In this document: positions 59,736 to 64,000 of the stretch, piece by piece
Numbering within the stretch: the first letter of the stretch is position 1
Layout of the letters: every line of letters begins with the position of its first letter
Assembly: GCA_965279375.1 (NCBI GenBank)
Contig: OZ257156.1
Span: forward strand, 864,001-928,000
Source: Gemmatimonas sp.
GTDB taxonomy: Bacteria; Gemmatimonadota; Gemmatimonadetes; Gemmatimonadales; Gemmatimonadaceae
Reading direction: 5' to 3'
Length of the DNA stretch: 64,000 nucleotides
The notes under the pieces: model-generated
What the model was told of the DNA's origin: nothing
Databases searched by the model: none
What the model saw: the letters and a program-made list of their open reading frames with translations, nothing else
Program-made: the position numbers and the translations under genes

Positions 59736-59845
59736 GCCTAACGATTGCGTTCGCTTGCAGGGCCCTTCCATAGGATGCCGACAGTGAGCACAGCGAACAG
59801 TCGGCAGTCCGTGAAGGCCCTGTCAAGCGCAACGCCGGGTTAGAC
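59736..59845 (-). mobile_element. attC site C
   Basis: gcctaac..gcgtt cgcttg caggg / ccctg-T-caagcg-C-aacgc..gttagac; lies 20 nt after the serine hydrolase stop. Confidence 0.92.
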
Positions 59846-59864
59846 CGCAGCAACGCTGACGGTG

Positions 59865-60989
59865 CTAGTTGGGCGAGAGCGCGGCGAGGACCCGCCGTAA
59901 GATGTCCTCGGAGCGGCGCTGGCCGTAGGGGCGGCCGTAGGCGCTGGAGCTGATCGCCAGCACTGCGTCGTACGCGGGGATGACGTAGATCTTGTTGCCG
60001 CCGTTGCCCGACGCGAAGTGCACCGTGACGTGGCGGTCGCCGAGCGCATAAGTCTTCGTGTACCACAGGTAGCCATAGCTGTCCGCGTAGCGGTCGACCG
60101 CGCCGATGGACACGGAAGGGGCGAGGGCGTGGGCAATCCAGGCGCTGTCCACGAGTTGTTGCCCACCGGCACGCCCGTGGCGCAGCACCAACTCGCCAAT
60201 CGCGACCATATCCCGCACGCGGATCGACAGATTGCCTTGGCCCACCCCTTCGCCCCGCGGCCCGCGACGCCACGCAAATCGGGGCACGCCGAGCGGCCGA
60301 AACAGGACGCGGTTGGCGAAGTCCGCCAGCGGCGCCTGCGCCTGTTGCTCGACCACCCGCCCCGCGAGGAAGGCCGTGAGCGAGGAATAGACGTAGCGCT
60401 CGCCCGGGGGCGACGCCATCGGGACCGCGCGGACGAAGGCCATCCAATCCGGACTGTCGTCGAGACGGGTCTCATTTCCGCGCGCCAGCGAGTCCTCGTC
60501 GTCGGCGTCGAGTCCGGCGCGCATGGTAAGGAGATCGCGGAGACGAATGCGCTGCTGCGCGGGGGTCAGACTCCCTGGCAGGAGCGCGCCCAGGGGAGCG
60601 TCGAGCGTCTGGAGTGCCTGCGGTCCGAGGGCGATGCCGACCAGCAGCGCGGTAATGCTCTTGGTCGCCGACCGGATATCGTGCAACGTGGCGACCGCGT
60701 CGCCATTGAAGTACTGCTCGGCGACGCGTTGGCCATGCTGCTGCACGACCACGCCCTTCAGATCGCGGACCGAGTCCGCGCGATAGGACTGCAGGACGCG
60801 ATCGAGCGCCGGGCGGACCGCGCGCGCCGCGCGTTGGTGGGCCGTGTCGCTCGCCGGCACCCGTCGCCGCACGAGCGAATCACGCACTTGGGCGTGCAGT
60901 GGCTGGGATGACAATCCGCACCACAGGACGAAGCCCAGCACGACACGCGCACAGCGCAGGCGAGGTTCGACGCGGCGAAGGGTAGGCAT
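59865..60989 (-). CDS. Serine hydrolase, beta-lactamase family, gene cassette
   Basis: SATK, LLTMRAG, YVYSS, YGYLW, ASGNGG; flanked by matching cassette ends. Confidence 0.9.
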   Translation of the reverse strand: MPTLRRVEPRLRCARVVLGFVLWCGLSSQPLHAQVRDSLVRRRVPASDTAHQRAARAVRPALDRVLQSYRADSVRDLKGVVVQQHGQRVAEQYFNGDAVATLHDIRSATKSITALLVGIALGPQALQTLDAPLGALLPGSLTPAQQRIRLRDLLTMRAGLDADDEDSLARGNETRLDDSPDWMAFVRAVPMASPPGERYVYSSLTAFLAGRVVEQQAQAPLADFANRVLFRPLGVPRFAWRRGPRGEGVGQGNLSIRVRDMVAIGELVLRHGRAGGQQLVDSAWIAHALAPSVSIGAVDRYADSYGYLWYTKTYALGDRHVTVHFASGNGGNKIYVIPAYDAVLAISSSAYGRPYGQRRSEDILRRVLAALSPN

Positions 60990-61028
60990 GCTCGCTCGGA
61001 CGTGCGCGCCGACGGAAAAGTTTGAAGA

Positions 61029-61059
61029 GCTGCGGTCTAACCCGCTTTCACCTGCACCC
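61029..61059 (-). mobile_element. Core site / 3' half of an att site opening the first cassette
   Basis: Minus strand GTGCAGGTGAAAGCGG-GTTAGACCGCAGC; no partner arm found upstream. Confidence 0.65.
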
Positions 61060-61183
61060 CTCAACAGAGCGAATCAATATCGCTCCAACCCTCGGCATGA
61101 CGACTGTAATCGCGCGGCAGTCGGCCCACATCGCACACGCCCGTTATCGCGCAGTCGTCGGATCCTGCTCACGGCGCAAATTC

Positions 61184-61633
61184 TCAGTCACCTGCCCCAG
61201 GCACAACTCTCCACCCCGCATCCAACAACGGAACCGTCGCCGCCGCCGGCCCTCCGTCACGCGCACGCCCATGAATCTCCGCGCGTAGTACTGCCCCCGG
61301 CGACAGCAACACTGCTTGTATGAGCTCCTTCGCAACGCCGCCGAGCGGCACCTTCGCACGCCGCGACCACGGTGACGGCGGTCCGCCAGCGTACTGGCCG
61401 GCGTTGATGTACACGAACCGCCCCGCCGGTGGCCCCTGCACCTCGGGGCCCTTCAACACGAGCACACCGTCCGCGCGTACTACCGCTTCCACACGCAACT
61501 CGAACGTGACGCTATCGTCTGCGACGTGCATGGGCTCCACCAGCTCGAATCGTCCGCGCTGCATGCGCAGTTGGACCTCGGGATGTGGCGCACGCACCAC
61601 CACCTGCAACGTCAACGTGTCGGCCATCGTCAT
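61184..61633 (-). CDS. DUF5990 family protein
   Basis: GPEVQGPPAGRFVYINAG..WSRRAKVPL..GGPAAATV. Confidence 0.8.
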   Translation of the reverse strand: MTMADTLTLQVVVRAPHPEVQLRMQRGRFELVEPMHVADDSVTFELRVEAVVRADGVLVLKGPEVQGPPAGRFVYINAGQYAGGPPSPWSRRAKVPLGGVAKELIQAVLLSPGAVLRAEIHGRARDGGPAAATVPLLDAGWRVVPGAGD

Positions 61634-61742
61634 TCCTGTCGATGTGCGAGAAACTGACTTCGCAGCGAGCACCCTTGCGACCAATTCTCGTGGCGAGTCG
61701 CTAAACCTCTCTTTCCCATCGCCGCGAATCGAGCGCCGTTCG

Positions 61743-64000
61743 TCACCCGCTGTTCCGCAGCCCCGCGCTGATGCCGTTGATGGTCAGGTGAATGCCACGC
61801 TCCAGTCGCTCATCCAACGGCTCCCCACGCGCTTCCGCGTTGCGGAGCCGTTGCAGCATGGCAATCTGCAGATGGTTCAGTGGATCCATGTACGGAAAGC
61901 GATTGGCGATCGAGCGCGCCAACAGTCGGTTGTCCACCAGAAACCGCGACTGTCCCGTAATCGACCACAGCGCCTCCTTGCTGCGATGCCACTCGGCTTC
62001 GATCCGCCCAAAGATGTTCGTGCGGAGCGACACATCCGTCACCAACTCCGCGTAGCGCGATGCGATCGGCAAGTCGGACTTGGCCAGCACCATGTCCATG
62101 TTGGACAACAGACTCCGAAAGAACGGCCACGTCTGCGCCATGCGCTGCAGCGTGGTTAACCCATCCGGCACCTCGCGCAGCCACGCGTCGACCGCGCTAC
62201 CGAAACCGTACCACCCCGGCAGCATCACGCGACTCTGCGCCCACGCGAACACCCACGGAATCGCGCGCAGATCTTCAATGCGATCGGAGCCGCTGCGCGA
62301 CGCCGGCCGACTGCCGATGTTGAGCGTGGCGATCGCCGACAGCGGCGTGCTTTCACGAAAATACTGCGCGAATCCGGGCGTTTCGTACACGAGTGCTCTA
62401 TACGCGGCATACGCGTGCGCCGACAACCGGTCCATCACTGGCCGATACTGCGCGCCACGCTCACTCTCCTGCGCGTGATCGGTGAGCGACGCCTCGAGAG
62501 TCGCGGCGACGAAGATCTCGAGATTGCGACGCGCCACATCGGGGTTGGCATACTTGGATGCGATCACTTCGCCCTGCTCGGTGATGCGGATCTGCCCCTG
62601 CACGGCGCCCGCCGGCTGCGCGAGAATCGCTGAGTAGCTGGGGCCACCGCCGCGCCCCACCGACCCGCCGCGCCCATGAAACAGCCGCATCTGCACGCCG
62701 TGCAATGCAAACACGCGCGTCAGCTCCACCTCAGCTTGATACAGCTCCCACCCCGAGGTCAGAAAGCCTCCGTCCTTGTTGCTGTCGGAGTAGCCGAGCA
62801 TGACCTCCTGCGTGTCACCGTGAGAGGCGACCATCGCGCGATAGATCGGGAGCGAGAACGCCGATTGCATCGTGGCGCCGGCGCGCCGCAGGTCGTCGAT
62901 GGTCTCGAAGAGCGGGATGATCTGCATCGACAGCGTGGGCACGACACCACCACGCAGCAGCCCCGCTTCCTTGAGCAGCAGCGCAACTTCGAGCAAGTCG
63001 GAGACGCCGTCGCACTTGGAGATGATGCAGTGCGGTAACGCCGCATTGCCGTAGCGCGCACGCAACTCAGCCGCGACAAAGAAGATCGACAGCTCGCCGC
63101 TCGTCTCCGGTGAGTAGGTGAGGTACGGTGCGTACAGCGGACGCGTGCCGGCGAGTTCGCTGGTGAGCAACGCAATGCGCGCGGCTTCGTCGAGCGACGC
63201 GTAGCCATCGGTGACGCCGGCGCGCGTCAGCAGCTCGCCCACCACGCGCGCATGCACGTCGGAGTTCTGCCGCAGGTCGAGCGGTGCCAGATGAAATCCG
63301 AATACGTCCACAGCGCGCAACAACCGACGCAACCGACCGTTAGCTAATCTGGCCACGCCATTCGCACGCAGCGACTCGCGCACCACGCGCAAGTCGCTCG
63401 CGAACTCGTCGGCCGTGGCGTACGGCGCTCCGTCGGCCACCGCCGCGCGCGCTGGCTGCGCCTGCACCAGCGCGTGCATCGTGGCGGCCATGCGCGCATA
63501 CATACCGATCAACGCGCGGCGATAGGGCTCGTCCACGCGCTGCGGCGACGTATCCGGAGAACGCGCCGACAGTTCAAGCAGCGCTGGCGACACATCGAGC
63601 AGCAGCTGCGACAATGGCAAGTCTTCGCCCAGCGCATGAATCTCGTCCAGATAGAAAGACAGGGCGGCCGTGGACTGCAGTCGCACCGTTTCGCGCAGAA
63701 TCTCCGCGGTCACATACGGATTGCCGTCTCGATCGCCACCAATCCAACTGCCGATGCGGAAGAAGTTCGGCAGCTCCCACTGTTCTTCGGGAAAGCGCGC
63801 GCGCAGCAGATCTTCCATCGTGCTGTACAGCCGCGGCACTTCAGCGAAGAAGGTGCTGTGAAAGTAGTTGACGCCGTTCTTCACCTCGTCGATCACGCGC
63901 AGTCGCGTCGGGCGCACCAACCGCGTGTGCCACAACGTGAGCACGAGTTGCGAGAGCTCATCGTCGATGGCGGTGCGTTCCGTCGGCGTGAGCGCCACAC
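61743..64000 (-). CDS. ppc: Phosphoenolpyruvate carboxylase, 5' part outside the window
   Basis: SWIGGDRDGNP, VMLGYSDSNKDGG, FHGRGGSVGRGG, LRAIPWVF. Confidence 0.97.
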   Translation of the reverse strand, partial: VALTPTERTAIDDELSQLVLTLWHTRLVRPTRLRVIDEVKNGVNYFHSTFFAEVPRLYSTMEDLLRARFPEEQWELPNFFRIGSWIGGDRDGNPYVTAEILRETVRLQSTAALSFYLDEIHALGEDLPLSQLLLDVSPALLELSARSPDTSPQRVDEPYRRALIGMYARMAATMHALVQAQPARAAVADGAPYATADEFASDLRVVRESLRANGVARLANGRLRRLLRAVDVFGFHLAPLDLRQNSDVHARVVGELLTRAGVTDGYASLDEAARIALLTSELAGTRPLYAPYLTYSPETSGELSIFFVAAELRARYGNAALPHCIISKCDGVSDLLEVALLLKEAGLLRGGVVPTLSMQIIPLFETIDDLRRAGATMQSAFSLPIYRAMVASHGDTQEVMLGYSDSNKDGGFLTSGWELYQAEVELTRVFALHGVQMRLFHGRGGSVGRGGGPSYSAILAQPAGAVQGQIRITEQGEVIASKYANPDVARRNLEIFVAATLEASLTDHAQESERGAQYRPVMDRLSAHAYAAYRALVYETPGFAQYFRESTPLSAIATLNIGSRPASRSGSDRIEDLRAIPWVFAWAQSRVMLPGWYGFGSAVDAWLREVPDGLTTLQRMAQTWPFFRSLLSNMDMVLAKSDLPIASRYAELVTDVSLRTNIFGRIEAEWHRSKEALWSITGQSRFLVDNRLLARSIANRFPYMDPLNHLQIAMLQRLRNAEARGEPLDERLERGIHLTINGISAGLRNSG

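Noticed and set aside
59865..60989. True beta-lactam resistance gene
   Set aside because: Motifs fit generic esterase/amidase serine hydrolases; resistance cannot be inferred
1..64000. tRNA/rRNA genes, integron integrase, and the many overlapping Arg/Ala-rich ORFs
   Set aside because: No RNA gene or tyrosine recombinase recognised; overlapping ORFs are high-GC frame artefacts

Overview
High-GC bacterial chromosome segment; the gene repertoire suggests Gemmatimonadota (inference). Positions 1-40 kb and 61.2-64 kb hold ordinary genes: a Mo-oxidoreductase, sseA, secreted hydrolases, two DEAD-box helicases, ilvE, fhs, an ABC exporter, an acyl-ACP desaturase and ppc. Positions ~40-61 kb are an integron-type cassette array with no integrase in the window. 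It has three co-oriented attC hairpins (41576-41667, 47715-47827, 59736-59845) plus a half site ending at 61041. The array carries an AAC(3)-I-like GNAT gene, a lipase-CHAT protease plus MBL-hydrolase pair, an IS3 remnant and a serine hydrolase cassette. Its most unusual member is a ~12 kb unit whose ends match like those of a single cassette. In it, a catalytically degenerate full-length RelA/SpoT homologue fused to a STAND-like ATPase, plus a STAND-wHTH partner, is transcribed divergently from a leucine-centred operon (Leu dehydrogenase-like enzyme, LeuRS, fused branched-chain 2-oxoacid dehydrogenase E1). All calls are by eye from motifs; no database searches were run.
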